Below, piece after piece: positions 12,501 to 26,635 of a DNA stretch of 64,000 nt. The notes below the pieces were generated by a model that saw only the letters and a program-made list of their open reading frames with translations, had not been told where the DNA came from and did not search any database. Every line of letters starts with the position of its first letter. Position 1 is the first letter of the stretch. The translations under genes and the position numbers were made by a program. The stretch is from Macrostomum lignano (lineage: Eukaryota). The stretch spans positions 27,656 through 91,655 of the forward strand of contig NIVC01003555.1 of the NCBI GenBank assembly GCA_002269645.1, written 5' to 3'.

Positions 12501-13165
12501 AGAATCGCCCCTCAGCCACCTCATAATAATCGCCCCTCAGCCAGCCCAAAAGAATCGTCCCTCATCTACCCCATGAGAATCGCCCCTCAGCCACCCCATG
12601 AGAATCGCCCCTCAGCCACCCCATGAGAATCGCCCCTCAGCCACCTCATAAGAATCGCCCCTCAGCCACCCCATAAGAATCGCCCCTCAGCCACCCCATG
12701 AGAATCGCCCCTCAGCCACTCCATAAGAATCGCCCCTCAGCCACTCCATAAGAATCGCCCCTCAGCCACCCAATGAGAATCGCCCCTCAGCCACCCCATG
12801 AGAATCGCCCCTCAGCCACCCATGAGAATCGCCCCTCAGCCACCCCATGAGAATCGCCCCTCAGCCAGCCCATAAGAATCGCCCCTCAGCCACCCCATGA
12901 GAATCGCCCCTCAGCCAGCCCACGCCAACCTGCACCGCAGGTGAGTGGGCACAGCCGCCTGGAGCTGTGCAAGCAGGCCATGGAGCAGCTCATCTCCTGG
13001 CTGCTGTCCTCAGCCCTGAAAGACGACCCCGCGAACGAGGCCGGGCTGGCCATCGAGCAGGTGCGCACGCTGGACTGGGAGGGCGGCCTCCGGGTGGTGT
13101 ACCCGTCGCGAACCGACCTGGTCAGCTGCGAGACCAGCTCGTGCCGGTTCAACCGGCCTGGATGA
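9523..13165 (+). CDS. LRRC47: Leucine-rich repeat-containing protein 47 (LRRs plus PheRS-beta B3/4-like domain); exons 9523-9870, 10060-10230, 10958-11302, 11790-12314, 12941-13165
   Basis: LRR motifs (LKHLDLSNNRL, LRVLDLENNRV, LRELNLKGNKIADRRLKKM), then VRPYLVLCAVRNIDL...SLPPITNAELSRI...LLLE|VS and terminal VVYPSRTDL, all characteristic of LRRC47. All junctions are phase-0 GT-AG. Confidence 0.93.
10320..10945. repeat. 21/24-bp minisatellite (GCAGTCAGAGTCCCCACAGGT) in LRRC47 intron 2
   Basis: About 28 tandem copies running up to the exon 3 acceptor. Confidence 0.95.
11385..11725. repeat. About 27-bp minisatellite (GAGTGACAGATAAGTGAGTGACTGGTC) in LRRC47 intron 3
   Basis: Direct tandem array. 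Confidence 0.9.
12298..12458 (+). repeat. 7 x 23-bp repeat of the LRRC47 exon 4 donor junction (GGAATCTGCTGCTGGAG|GTGAGG)
   Basis: Copy 1 overlaps the last codons (NLLLE) and the real donor at 12315; further donor copies at 12338, 12361, 12384, 12407, 12430, 12453. Confidence 0.95.
12500..12915. repeat. 25-bp minisatellite (GAGAATCGCCCCTCAGCCACCCCAT) in LRRC47 intron 4
   Basis: About 16 tandem copies. Confidence 0.95.
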
Positions 13166-13694
13166 CCGACTGAACAGAGGAGCGGCTTCATCTGTGTGGA
13201 TGCTGGAGGAGTCTTCCTTTGATGATGAGTTCTGAAGTCAATCGAGTCATTCGTTAATAACAGCAGGCTAAATGTTTTAATGTGACTTCAACTATAAACT
13301 GAAAAGTATAGACCATTTTCCAAGCCAATCGAGCCTAGGACCTCAGTGGGAGAATCCGGCTTCATAGGCGGCCGCCTTTTGAGCCATAGACAGTGAAAAG
13401 CAAGCCTTCAAATGCTCAGTTGGTTAGGAAAATGCCATACTGATGGTGTCATACTGATGTAATCCGAATTGAAGCTGTAAGCGCATTTTTTGTTCTCTGA
13501 TTGAATAAACAAAATAAATCTAATTGACGACGGAAAACACGTGACTGACGCGCCTTTATGGGACAAATTCCAGTGTGCTGGAAGTTAAACTTGCATCCAG
13601 ATCTGGCTTTCTTATTGCTTATTTCTAAGAAAATTGCCCGAGTTTTTGGAAGAACTTTTGTAAAGCTGAGCACACTTCTGACTCAATAGACACT

Positions 13695-14920
13695 TCACAC
13701 TGTGGAGTCTGGACACTTCACAAAATGTGGACACTTCAGTCTGGACACTTCACAGACTGTGAAAACTTCACAGACTGTGGAAACTTCATAGACTGGACAC
13801 TTCACATACTGGACACTTCACAGACTGGACACTTCATAGGCTGGACACTTCACAGACTGGACACTTCACATACTTCACAGACTGGACACTTCACATACTG
13901 GACACTTCACAGACTGGACACTTCACAGACTGGACACTTCACAGACTGGACACTTCACATACTTCACAGACTGGACACTTCACATACTTCACATACTTCA
14001 CAGACTGGACACTTCACACACTGGACACTTCACACACTGGAAATTTCATAGACTGGACACTTCACAGACTGGACACTTCACATACTGGACACTTCACAGA
14101 CTGGACACTTCACATACTGGACACTTCACAGACTGGAAACTTCACATACTGGAAACTTCACAGACTGGACACTTCACATACTGGACACTTCACAGACTGG
14201 AAACTTCACATACTGGACACTTCACAGACTGGACACTTCACATACTGGACACTTCACAGACTGGACACTTCACACACTGGAAACTTCACAGACTGGACAC
14301 TTCACATACTGGACACTTCACATACTGGACACTTCACAGACTGGACACTTCACATACTGGACACTTCACAGACTGGACACTTCACACACTGGAAACTTCA
14401 CAGACTGGACACTTCACATACTGGATACTTCACAGACTGGACACTTCACATACTGGATACTTCATATACTGGACACTTCACAGACTGGACACTTCACAGA
14501 CTGGACACTTCACATACTGGATACTTCACATACTGGACACTTCACAGACTGGACACTTCACAGACTGGACACTTCACATACTGGATACTTCATATACTGG
14601 ACACTTCACAGACTGGACACTTCACAGACTGGACACTTCACAGACTGGACACTTCACAGACTGGACACTTCACATACTGGATACTTCATATACTGGACAC
14701 TTCACATACTGGATACTTCATATACTGGACACTTCACAGACTGGACACTTCACAGACTGGACACTTCACATACTGGATACTTCATATACTGGACACTTCA
14801 CAGACTGGACACTTCACAGACTGGACACTTCACATACTGGATACTTCATATACTGGACACTTCACACACTGGAAACTTCACAGACTGGACACTTCACATA
14901 CTGGATACTTCATATACTGA
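13695..14920. repeat. 16-bp minisatellite (CTGGACACTTCACAGA/TA)
   Basis: About 75 tandem copies, intergenic between LRRC47 and the cadherin. Confidence 0.95.
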
Positions 14921-15431
14921 ACACTTTAACTCGCAGAAATTCTCAGCTGACTTCGTTTTCGAAAGATTTAAAACAAACCTTTTGAGTTCATAAAATTTCT
15001 AGGAGAATGGATGAAGCGAGCCCATCCGCTACTAATAGTAGTAGTCGCGTGTGTAATCTGCACTGAATGGCCTTGCAAGCGCAGTTTCAATGCTATAAAA
15101 CAAGCGGCCTGTCCTTTGCTTCACTGAATAATGTACGCTCCTCTATTCTTCATGCAATGGGCCGGGATAGGCTGAGAAGCAGGGGCAGACGGGCTTGAAT
15201 TTGAGTCTTCTCACATTGGGTGCGCCAGTGCGAAATCTGCGCTTCTACAGTGGGTGGGCGGGCAGCTGTTGCTGTTGCAGAGACACTTTTGTAAGGCGCA
15301 TTGTGGCGCACCCTATTTAAATTATCTTGGGTGGGTCTCTCTGGGCTTATTGTGAATTTCTCTGCGGCTTCCATCGTTTTCTCACGCGCTGAAGAAGATC
15401 AAACTAAAAGAAACCTAAGCGACCAAGGAGA

Positions 15432-18400
15432 ATGAAGCCGCTGATTTCTGTTGCGTTGCTTCTAGTAGCAGCAGCAGGAATTCCTTCTTGCCTCGGACAG
15501 CTGGTCTGGGTAAACGACTGCAGCGCCACTTTCAAGCTAGGCTTGCAGGAAAATGTCCCAGTGGGAACTCGGCTCTGCACCCTGGCCGCTACCTACAATA
15601 ACAATAGTGCTCGGGTGACTTACGAAGCGGTTAGCGATAATTTCAATGTGAACACCACGACTGGAGTGCTGAGCATGGCCAGGATCATCGACAGAGAGGT
15701 GCGTTACCTGCCCTCGTTAGCAGGGCCTTTGCGGGGCTAAATGCAATCCTGACACCCTGATAGCGTCCTGACACCCTGCTGACGTCCTGACACCCTGCTG
15801 ACGTCCTGACACCCTGCTAGCGTCCTGACACCCCTGCTAGCATCCTGACACCCTTGCTGATGTCCTGACACCCTGCAAGCATCTTGACACACTTGCTGAT
15901 GTTCTGACACCCAGCTAGCGTCCTGACACCCTTGCTGATGTCCTGACACCCTGCTAGCATCCTGACACACTTGCTGATGTCCTGATACCCTGCTAGCATC
16001 CTGACACCCTTGCTGATTTCCTGACACCTGCTAGCGACCTTCACCCTTGCTGATGTCCTGACACCCTGCTAGCGACCTGGTACCCTGCTAGCATCCAGGC
16101 ATCCTGATGACGTCCTGACACCACCACCACCACCATGACACCCTCAGGCTTTCTCTGCCTGATACTTATGCACCCAAAGACGGTGCATAGTGGCTGTGAG
16201 AACAAAAGTCAGCGCATTTCATTCACACCCACAGACCATAGACCCGGCCAGCAGAGACACGGTGCTGCTGACAGTGCGGGCCAGATACAACCCAGCCTCT
16301 CTATCCATCGAAGCCGCCATCACCATCACCATCTTGGACGTCAACGACAATCAGCCGCAGTTTGAAGGCCAACCGTATTCCGCCAGCGTGTCGGAAGCGG
16401 CTCCAAACGGCACCGTGTTCTACTCAGGCATCGTGGCCACCGACTCAGACGCCGGAACCAACGCCGAGCTGACGCTCAGCTGCATCAACTGCGCCAAGTT
16501 CCACCTCTTCCAGACCCGACTGGCCGCCAACCGGTACCAGGGCTCGCTGATGCTGGTCGAGCCCGTGGACTACGAGCAGGACACTTACTACATCGTCACC
16601 GTCTTGGCCAAGGACAGTAGCGCCACCAACCCGCTCAACCGCACCGTCAACGTCATCGTCACCATCGGCGACGCCCAGGACACGCCGCCGGTGTTCCGCG
16701 ACCGCTACATCAGCTTCACCATCACCGAGAACAACACCGTCGTGTCCGCGCTCGGCTACGTTGAGGCCCGCGACGGCGACGGTGGCGACAACCTCGGCCG
16801 GCCAGTGGTGCTTGACATTGTCAACGACCCGATCGGGGCCTTCCTTTTCAGGGCAACGCTGGACCCGCTGCTCAGCTCGGTGTACTACCGGGGCGAGCTG
16901 GTGCTGAAGCCGGGCGCGGTGCTGGATCGCGAGGCCTGGTACGGCAACTTCTACAGCTTCAACATCAGCGCCACGGAGATTTACTCGAAGTCGAACACCA
17001 CAAAAACTGACGCGGTAAGGCAGAACGCAGTCGAGATAATCGTCATCGACATCAACGACAACATTCCGGCATTCGTCGACGGGCCAATCTTCAACGTGAC
17101 CACGCCGGAGAACCTCGCCAATTTGTCCGTCATCGGCGGCCTGGACATTCTGGTGCGAGACGCGGACGGCACGTCCAGGTACAACACGATGAACGTGTCC
17201 GTGCAGTCGTCCACGTACGCCAACGTGTTCGCTATCACGCCAAGCACAGTGGTTGGCCAGGGCACCTGCAACCTGCTGGTCATGGACTCTACCAAGCTAG
17301 ACTACGAGGTGCCTGCCTACCGAGAGCATGAGGTGGTGCTGCTGCTCCAGGAGGCCGGCACAACCGAGAAGTTCTCTTCCTCGGCGACTATCTATATTCG
17401 GCTGACTGACATCAACGATAATGCCCCCACCTTTGGGGGCAATTCCTCGTTTTTTCAGTGAGTAGTTCGCTTCCAGCATTGGGCAACGTTTATACGAGCT
17501 AGTAGACAAACAGCCTGGGAAGTGTCGTTCGATGTGATTCTGCACTGGGAAGTGGCTCTCGAGGGGCAAACAGAAAAAGATCAGATGTGTCCATAATGGG
17601 TCCGGTTTTACTATATATTTTTGGGCTCCTGGCCCCACCTTTGCCAGGCATGCTGTGGCACTAAAGATACGTACATATGATGCATGCATACGTACGCGTC
17701 CGAGTGTTCAGAGGATCCACAGCCTAGGCCATCACAGATGTCACAGACGGCGTTGCGCCACGGTGCCTATCGCCCATCTGTGTGTACTTTTCATGGTTTT
17801 CTAGGAAAGTGTAAAAGGTCCCCTGGGATTGAGGTCCTTTTACACTTACGAAAGCAAGCCAACTGCATGCACGCACATACCGCCCACAGGTTCAGCGTGC
17901 TGGAGATTCGCCCGGTCGGCTGGCTGGTCGGCCACGTCCGCGCCACCGACCGCGACTCCGGCCTGCTCGGCGAGGTGACCCACTCGCTCAGCGGGTCGAA
18001 CGCCGACAAACTGTCAATCAACGCCACGACTGGCCAGCTGAATCTGGCCAAGCCGCTCAACTACGACATCGAGAAGGAGTTCAGCGTCACGGTGATCGCG
18101 ACCGACGGCGGCGGACTGTCATCTGCCGCTGTGGTCTATATCAACGTTCAGGACTATAATGACAAGGCGCCATACTTCAGCCAGGACCGCTACACCGCCA
18201 CCATCAATGAGCAGTCGACCATTCTCATCCCGCCGCTGGTGCTCAAGACAAACGACACGGACACGACGGTGCCGATCAAATTCAGCATCATCAGCGGCAA
18301 CACGCCGGACAATGGGTTCCGCATCGTCAACCAGAACTCCAGCCTGCTCAACGGCGAGCTTATCATCACCCGGTCTGGCGGCTTCAACTTCACGGACACT

Positions 18401-21400
18401 CCGTCCGGCACCTTCGGACGCTTCATTTTGCACGTGCTGGCCCAGGACGAAGGTGACCCGCCGCTGAACGCCACCACCATTGTTGAGATCAGCCTCCGCG
18501 ACATCAACAACAACCCGCCCATCTTCAATCCGAAGAACTACTCGGCGGTGATCAAGGAGACCACGGCGGAGGGCACCATCATCGCCACTCTGACGGCCAC
18601 GGATGCTGACATTGACGCGGAGACCAACAAGAGGATCACCTACCAGCTGCAGTCGGGCAGCGTCGAGAAGTTCACCATCAACAGCCTCACCGGGGAGCTC
18701 AGCGTGGCCAGGACCAACAATTTCGACATCAACCGGGAGGGCAGCCTCTTCTATGTGCAGGTGGTGGCCAGAGACAACGGCGCGCCCACCCAGTCCGACG
18801 TGGCCTCCGTCTACGTCACCGTGCTGGACGCGAACAACAAGAATCCGTTCTTCTTCCAGCCGCTGTACATCTTCCAGATTGTCGAGGACACCCCCATCGG
18901 CAGCCTGGTGGGCTTCGTGAACGCCAGCGATCAGGACAGCAACGCTCGCCTGGAGTTCACCGTGAATCCCACCTCCATCACCGCCATGAATCCATTCAGC
19001 ATCCCGGTGACGTCCCGGGCTCCGTTCGACTATCTGGCCGCCTTCCAGATGAACAGCAGCGGCTTCATCACCACCCAGTTGGTGATGAACCGCGACGCCG
19101 TCGCCCAGGTCCAGATGGTTGCGGTGGTCCGCGACCTCAACGCCGAGCTGCCGCCGATCCAGACCGCCACCAGCACGGTGGTGATCCAAATCACCCAGCG
19201 GAGCTCCCGCTCGCCGGTGTTCAGCGCGCCCTGGTCCGTGTCCAGCCCGCAGATCCTGGTGCCGATGCCGGAGGGCCTCCCAGTCGGCACCACCATCATC
19301 ACCCTGGTGGCCAGCGACCCGTCCACCAACGAGAAGGTGACCAACTTCCGCGTCATCCCCGGATCGGACAGCGAGAGCGCCTTCACGCTGGACTCGCGCA
19401 CCGGCACCCTGACGCTGAACAAAGTGCTGGACTACGAGAACCGGATCAACAAGCGGCTGTCGGTGATTGTGGAGGCCCGCACCAGCGCCAACACCACGGC
19501 GCTCTGCACTGTCTACGTCATCATCGAGGACATCAACGATAATCCGCCCGTGTGAGTGGCTGAGCCGCGTTTTGGGGAAGTGGGGGAGGAGTATGGCGAG
19601 TGCGATGGAGAGTAGGAGAGGGTGGGAGAGAGTGAGAGAGAGTGGGAGAGAGTGAGAGAGAGTGAGAGAGAGTGAGAGAGAGTGAGAGAGAGTGGGAGAG
19701 AGTGAGAGAGAGTGGGAGAGAGTGAGAGAGAGTGAGAGAGAGAGTGAGAGAGAGAGAGAGAGAGTGGGAGAGAGTGAGAGAGAGTGGGAGAGAGTGAGAG
19801 AGAGTGGGAGAGAGAGGGAGAGAGTGAGAGAGAGTGGGAGAGAGTGGGAGAGAGTGAGAGAGAGTGGGAGAGAGTGAGAGAGAGTGAGAGAGAGTGAGAG
19901 AGAGTGAGAGAGAGAGTGGGAGAGAGTGAGAGAGAGTGGGAGAGAGTGAGAGAGAGTGAGAGAGAGAGTGAGAGAGAGTGAGAGAGAGTGGGAGAGAGTG
20001 AGAGAGAGTGGGAGAGAGTGAGAGAGAGTGGGAGAGAGAGGGAGAGAGTGAGAGAGAGTGGGAGAGAGTGGGAGAGAGTGAGAGAGAGTGGGAGAGAGTG
20101 AGAGAGAGTGAGAGAGAGTGAGAGAGAGTGGGAGAGAGTGAGAGAGAGTGGGAGAGAGAGGGAGAGAGTGAGAGAGAGTGGGAGAGAGTGAGAGAGAGTG
20201 AGAGAGAGTGAGAGAGAGTGGGAGAGAGTGAGAGAGAGTGAGAGAGAGTGAGAGAGAGTGGGAGAGAGTGAGAGAGAGTGAGAGAGAGTGAGAGAGAGTG
20301 GGAGAGAGTGAGAGAGAGTGGGAGAGAGTGAGAGAGAGTGGGAGAGAGTGAGAGAGAGTGGGAGAGAGTGAGAGAGAGTGAGAGAGAGTGAGAGAGAGTG
20401 GGAGAGAGTGAGAGAGAGTGGGAGAGAGTGAGAGAGGGTGAGAGAGAGTGGGAGAGAGTGAGAGAGAGTGGGAGAGAGTGAGAGAGAGTGGGAGAGAGTG
20501 AGAGAGAGTGGGAGAGAGTGAGAGCGCCTGAGAGATCAATTACTTTCAGACTTCCCAAACCTCTTAAACAGCAGTGAAATCCCACTCAAACCAACTCGCA
20601 GATTCCTATCTTCATCTTACGCCTTCCTGGTCTCAGAGGACACCCGCTATCCGCAGGAGTTCGGCCTGGTGGTTGCCACAGACGCAGACAGCGGCGACTA
20701 TGGCACGCTGAGGTACTCGCTGCGGGGCACCGGGTCTGAGCTGTTCTTCCTCGACCCGGTGTTCGGCACCATCCGGCCAGCGCCGGGGGTCACGCTGGAC
20801 CGCGAGGCCAAGTCGCAGTTTGACTTTCTGGTACGTTCGAAGATTGCTGTTTTTGTTGTGGGTGAAACAAATGTTCCCCATAGATATTTATTTCCGTGAC
20901 TGCGCTAATGTTAATATGAAGAGATCGAACGGACCAAACTAGAAAGGAACAAAAACAAAATTAATTAAGAGCTAAGCTCAGCGTCAATGACCCATGCATA
21001 CATTGAAGTCTTAAAGCCAAAGTACAACAGTTTTAGCATCAGTTAAACTCCGAGCTCTTGCAACCATGCCTAATTCAAATTCGGGCCAAAAAGGAAGTAG
21101 TTAAACAAATGGTTAGAAAACCAAAGACAGTTCTAAATTGTAAAAAAGTTTTACACTTTTTAAATTTAATCAACCACTTTGGTGTCTTATACCTGAGAAG
21201 TACTTACGTTTTCTAAAGCACTGCATTTGTTTTTCACCGTTTGTTTAAGTATACTCATTTTGGCGCTAATTTGAATTGGATTATGTTGAACGAATGAATT
21301 TACAAATGACTTATGCAACAATGAAATTGCATTTTAAATCGCCTTTGTACCAATCTTTTTCCTGACTGCTAGCAGCTGCCAATGATGATGGAGAACGCCG

Positions 21401-24400
21401 GGGTTCGATTCCCTAATTCCCCAATGAGGGCCAAAGTTAACTGTGTACCACAGATTATCAAATTTTAGAATTTCAACTCAGTCATTCGAATAAAAATTGG
21501 AGAGAAATTTGCTTCTCATATTCCGTAATAATTGCGTTTGTATTATTATCAACAATTCTTTTAGAACATTTAGAATAGTTTCAAACGCAAACTGTTAACA
21601 TTGCACCACTTGTGGCACCGAAATGTATTCAGTTCCAAATATTTATCTGCTAACCTCACCGACTTTTGCACACGCACTTCAGTTGCACCAAGTTTTTGCA
21701 CATCCGCGACTTGATCAAATTTCCAATATGACAAACTGGACACTTTGAATTTTATCCTGAATTAGGAAGAACCCCAGGAATGCCAAATTACCTACAGCTG
21801 GCAGTGCTGGGGTGCGTTGCAGTTATCCCAGTGTAATTTACTAAGATACGAGTAAGTGACGATTCTCAGTGTAGGTTAGTGACGATTCTCAGGGTAAATT
21901 ATTGACGATTCTCAGGGTAGATTATTGACGATTCTCAGGGTAGATTAGTGATGTTTTTCCAAGTAGATTAGTGACGATTATCAGGGTAGATTAGTGACGA
22001 TTCTTAGGGTAGATTAGTTAATATTCTCAAAGTAAATTAGCGACGATTCTCAGGATAGAATAGTGACGATTCTCAAGGTAGTTTAGTAACGATTCTCGAA
22101 GTAAATTAGCGATGATTTTCATGCTAGATTAGTGACGATTCTTTGTTTAGATTAGTGAAGATTCTCAAGGTAAATTAGCGATGATTCTCGGGGTAGAATA
22201 GTGACGATTCTCAGGGTAGATAAGTGACGATTCTTGGGGCTTACCTGGCTGTTGTCCTGGTTACTCCTGGTCCTAATACATGCAAGGGCTCCACAACAGC
22301 CCCCAGCACTGTCAGTCGCTCAGTTCCGGCAGTGCAGCCACACAGAACTCAAGCAATCCGAACCCGGTCCCCGCCTTCCAGGCAAAGATAGCCAACTGCC
22401 AGCCGTGTTTATTTCAGGTACGTGCCACCGACAACCCCACAGCCAGCACCGCTGCCACGCAGCGCTACACCGACGTGCCACTGACTGTAACACTCACCGA
22501 CGTTAACGACAATGCACCGACCTTTACTAATCCCACGTTTGAGGTGAGCATATTCGAGAACATTCCAGCTGGCAGCGTGATCATCACACTCACCGCGTCC
22601 GATCCGGACTCCGGAGTCAACGGAATTGTCGGGTTCGCGATTCGCAGCGGAAACGAGCTCGGCTACTTCGGCTTGAACCCCACCACTGGAGCCCTGCGCG
22701 TCTCCACCAGTCTGCTGGGCAAGCCGTCGAGGTCCTACGTGCTCAGCGTCACGGCCACGGACGGTGGTACGCCTCCGCAAAGCACCGAGCACCGGCTGAC
22801 GGTTACCGTTCGCTCGGTGTCGGAGACTCGAGGCAACCCGGTGGTCACCTACCCGATCGAGGGACGGAGCTACGCCACGGTGGAGGAGGCGCCCATTGGG
22901 ACTCCAATACTGCAGGTGCGTGGGAGTTCGTTCAGCCGATGTAGGGCACCCGATGAAAACGGTACCTAAGCCAAGAAGCGTCCCAGAGTCACTTGCGTCA
23001 CCCCAGAGTCGTTGCAGATGACCCAGGCAAAATTGAAAAGAAGTGAGTCTAGAGGACTCTAAAACGACGAGAAGTCAAGGTACAAGCGCCAAAAAGTCGT
23101 TAAAGAGTCGCTCAAGAATCGCTTTGAAGCGTTTCTCTGGGGCGACGCAAGTCACTCTGGGGCCGTAAAGTCGTATTTGAGGCGTGCTGGAGGGAGTCGC
23201 TCTCGAGTCACTGAGTTACGAGCGTATATTCGAAGCGCTTGATGAATTAGAGTCACATCTCTAGTAAAAGTTAAGCGCCAACACAACGGTTCTTTGACGA
23301 CTCTTTCGCGACTCTTACAATTCTACAACTCACGTGACGCGTTTGAGACGCAAAAGTCGCCTCTCCGTCGCATTAGACGCGTTTGAGTCGTTATAAGTCT
23401 TAAGAGTTGTTCCAGAGTCGCTAGAGTCACTAGAGAGTTGTTTGCAATGACTCGTGGTTCTTGTCACGATATCATTTTCAACAGGGCAATGGGTTAGTTT
23501 GCCATGCCAATGCAGGATTTAGTTCATCAATTAGTTTACCAGTTAGTTTTGTTGAATTCGGCTCATCGATAAAATAAAAAAACAAACTTTGAATAATTCT
23601 ATTCATTTCCGGCAGGTGACCGCCCGCGACCCGGACTCGAGCGGGGAGAACATGACTTTTCTGCTCGGCGGCACGGACGCCTCCAAGTTCGCCATCAACG
23701 CCAGCACCGGCTGGATCAGCAGCCGAGTCCGGCTGGATCGCGAAGCTCAGGCCACCTACCAGCTGGTGGCGTTTGTCCGCGACGGCTCCGGCCTGGAGAC
23801 CCTCGCCCCGGTGCTGTTCGCCATCTCGCTGACCGACATCAACGACAATCCGCCAGTGTTTGCCGGCTGCAATCTGCAGGTAGGGCTGCTGCTTGGATCC
23901 AGCTTACCGTGGCACTGCTGAAGGTAGCTTTGGTCTCCAGATTCCTGTCAGTGACATTCGGCACTTTAACCGACGTCCCCATAACCCATCGGGCACATGC
24001 ATGCACATACCATCGTTGTGCATTGTGCAGTTTGAAATTTTTCAATTTTCAGTACAACACTCAGCCAGTCCCGGTGGTGGTGCCCGAGAATGTGTACAAT
24101 CGCGAGATCAACACCTTCACCGCCTGCGACCCGGACATCAGCCCCAACAACGGCCTGACCTATCGGATCACCTGCGGCAACGAGGCTGGCTACTTCGCGG
24201 TGGGCCGCGACACCGGAGTGCTCAGCGTTGTGAAGCCCATAGACCGGGAGGCCCGCAGCCAGTACCTGCTGTGCCTGATGGCCAATTCAACCCTGCCCGT
24301 GGTGCCGCCAGGCAGCGCCTCGCCTGCCAACCAGTCCCAGCTGATGGTGCTGGTCAATGTCCAGGACGAGGACGACAATGGCCCTACTGCCGAGTCGGCT

Positions 24401-26635
24401 GTGCAGATCGCCTATCTGGCCTCCGATGTCATCTACAATACTCAGGTGGGTTGCATGATTATGGAACTGCAGCTGTAGAAACCTATCATTGATTGGTACT
24501 GTATAGAAATAAGTAAACAACTATTTATATTAAAGTTGAAAACAAAAAATACAGCCTTTAGTCTATTTAGACTGTCATTTAATTTCATTTAATTGGTCAG
24601 GCCATTTATTTTCAAGTGATACAGACGTGAGAGAACCTGATTGGCTGCAAGGAGAGAGGACACAATGTACAGTGGCTGAGAGTACAAATCAAGCGGAACC
24701 ATGTCTAAACTGTAGATAATAGTTTAATATAGCTTAAAACTATAGATTAATAGTCTAAATAATATTATAACACCCCTAAAAAAACTCGGCCAGAGATACG
24801 AGCCCTCAGCTGACTGCTGCGCGTTCGTAGCAACGTTTTTGAGGGGTGTTATCTTATACTTAAGGCACTGAAATGGGGGGGGGTTAAGTATAGATAAGAC
24901 AAAGAAGGGGTGGAGTGCGCGATGAAAGAAAGAGGCGACATCGAAGAGCCAATCAGAGGGCAGCAGGGGAGAGAGAGAAAATAATAAGACTGAAACTAGA
25001 CGGAGAGAAAAAAGAGTAAACAGAGACAAGTCAAGGTGAACTAAGGTGCTTTACAGTCCATGTGGCATTTATTTTGTACTTTTCAATTCGTGTGATTGTG
25101 TCTTCAAATCCAATTTCATCTGTACTCAAGAGTCTACGTAAAATTTCATCTCACTGTGGTTCAAATGTACTTTAAAAACGCTAAAAAGGTGTTTAATTTT
25201 TTGCTGACTCATTCGCGCGCAGGTGACCACACTGGCCGTGACGGATCCCGATCTGCCGTCCAACTGGAACCACGTCTACTCTGTGCAGCGAAGCGTGTTC
25301 ACCTCGGCCGACAGGTCAAAGGTCAACTCGCCAGCCGACGGCGCATTCCGCGTCGATTCAAGCGCCGGCGTCCTGCGCAGCGGCTTCCTAAACTACGCTT
25401 CATACATCGGCGGCACCTTCGACGTGGACGTGCTGGTCTCCGACAGCCGGTCGCGCACTGCCAGGGTCAACGTCCGGGTCAACATTCTGGGCGAGGAGAA
25501 TCGACTTCGCTACGTGGTGTCCATGACCCCGGTGCAGGCCCTGGGCGTGGCTCAGCAGCTCATTGACAATGTCACCGCTATGGTGAGACGCACTTTAGTT
25601 TTGAAGATGCTTTAAATTGAGCTCCTTTATCTGACCATAAGAGTGTTTGACATTCTGGTAAAAGTTGACCGTGTTGAGATACTATTTGACAAATCGGTGA
25701 AACACTTCTCAGAAGATGCATTTTGCTGGTTTGGCTTGGCTGGTCAAAAGCGGGCGAATGACGCGAATAGTGATTCTCAAGTTCTGGTAGAATGGGACTT
25801 TGCTGTTGCGAGTATTGTGTGGGAATATAGTTATAGTAGAGCAGTGTTTCACACAGAATATACTCAGCAACTTCGAAAAGTCACCATAACAGAAGATTCC
25901 GTCTGTTGACGCCGAGTTGCCGAGTATACCGGTATATTCGGTGGTGTTTCAGAAGAAGTTCACCGACAATTGGGCAGCATGCGACCAGTACTTCGACTTG
26001 GCATTTGACATTATGGCTCAAAGGCTGCGATTGCTGGTCGAATCTTATAAGTATTTAAGTTATAAGTTTATAAGTTTTTTTAAGAAAGCTGAAAGGACTA
26101 AAAGGACGTCTCAAGCCCGGGGATTGAGTACGATTTTGCTGAGATCTACTGCGTGTAACCGAATGTACTTTGCTCTTAGCGGGGCTGTACAACTCCGGTG
26201 TGCAAGGCGCAATCATCTCCTCCATCTCCCGCCCTCCCAAAGGTTCGCTCCAGCGGCCTCACCCTGACATTCCAACGGGTATCTCTGCACGCCACCACAG
26301 CCTCGGGCGCCGAGCAGAACACAGCGGACGTGTGCTTCGCCGTAGCCGGCTCCGAGTCCCAGATCCTCACTCTGCGCCAGGCTAAGGCCACCCTTGACAA
26401 GGGCGTGAGTTCGAGTCTGGACTCGCTTTACTCTGAGTTCAAAGTGCAGAGCATCGGGTACTGCAACTCGTACAGCTTGTTCAAGACTTACAACTACCTG
26501 GGCATCGAAGGCTACTGGTGGCTGTTCACGGCGATGTCGGCCATCATCATCCCGTTCGCGTTAGGCCTTGTTGGCTTCATGATGGTCCTGTACAACAAGT
26601 ATGAGACCATGTGCACCGCTCTGCAGTATCAGTGA
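15432..26635 (+). CDS. Non-classical cadherin, Cad87A/CDH23-like: signal peptide, 14 EC repeats, membrane-proximal domain, TM. Exons 15432-15698, 16235-17457, 17890-19551, 20602-20830, 22418-22915, 23616-23879, 24053-24445, 25223-25582, 26243-26635
   Basis: Signal peptide MKPLISVALLLVAAAGIPSCLG; repeated xEx, DxD, LDRE/LDYE and DxNDNxP calcium-linker motifs (14 repeats counted by hand); TM YWWLFTAMSAIIIPFALGLVGFMMVL. All junctions are GT-AG with matching phases. Confidence 0.9.
15745..16115. repeat. About 21-bp minisatellite (CCTGACACCCTGCTAGCAT-like) in cadherin intron 1
   Basis: Degenerate tandem array. Confidence 0.9.
19610..20525. repeat. (GAGAGAGTGR)n purine-rich microsatellite in cadherin intron 3
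   Basis: About 900 bp of 10-bp period; source of the spurious SLSLTLSH ORFs. Confidence 0.97.
21855..22235. repeat. 23-bp minisatellite (GATTAGTGACGATTCTCAGGGTA) in cadherin intron 4
   Basis: About 16 degenerate copies. Confidence 0.9.

Noticed and set aside
18119-20585. 806-aa and 350-aa minus-strand ORFs
   Set aside because: Antisense shadow of a GC-rich cadherin exon plus the GA microsatellite.
21395-21415. tRNA gene from the GGTTCGATTCC B-box
   Set aside because: No cloverleaf or A-box; at most a SINE fragment.
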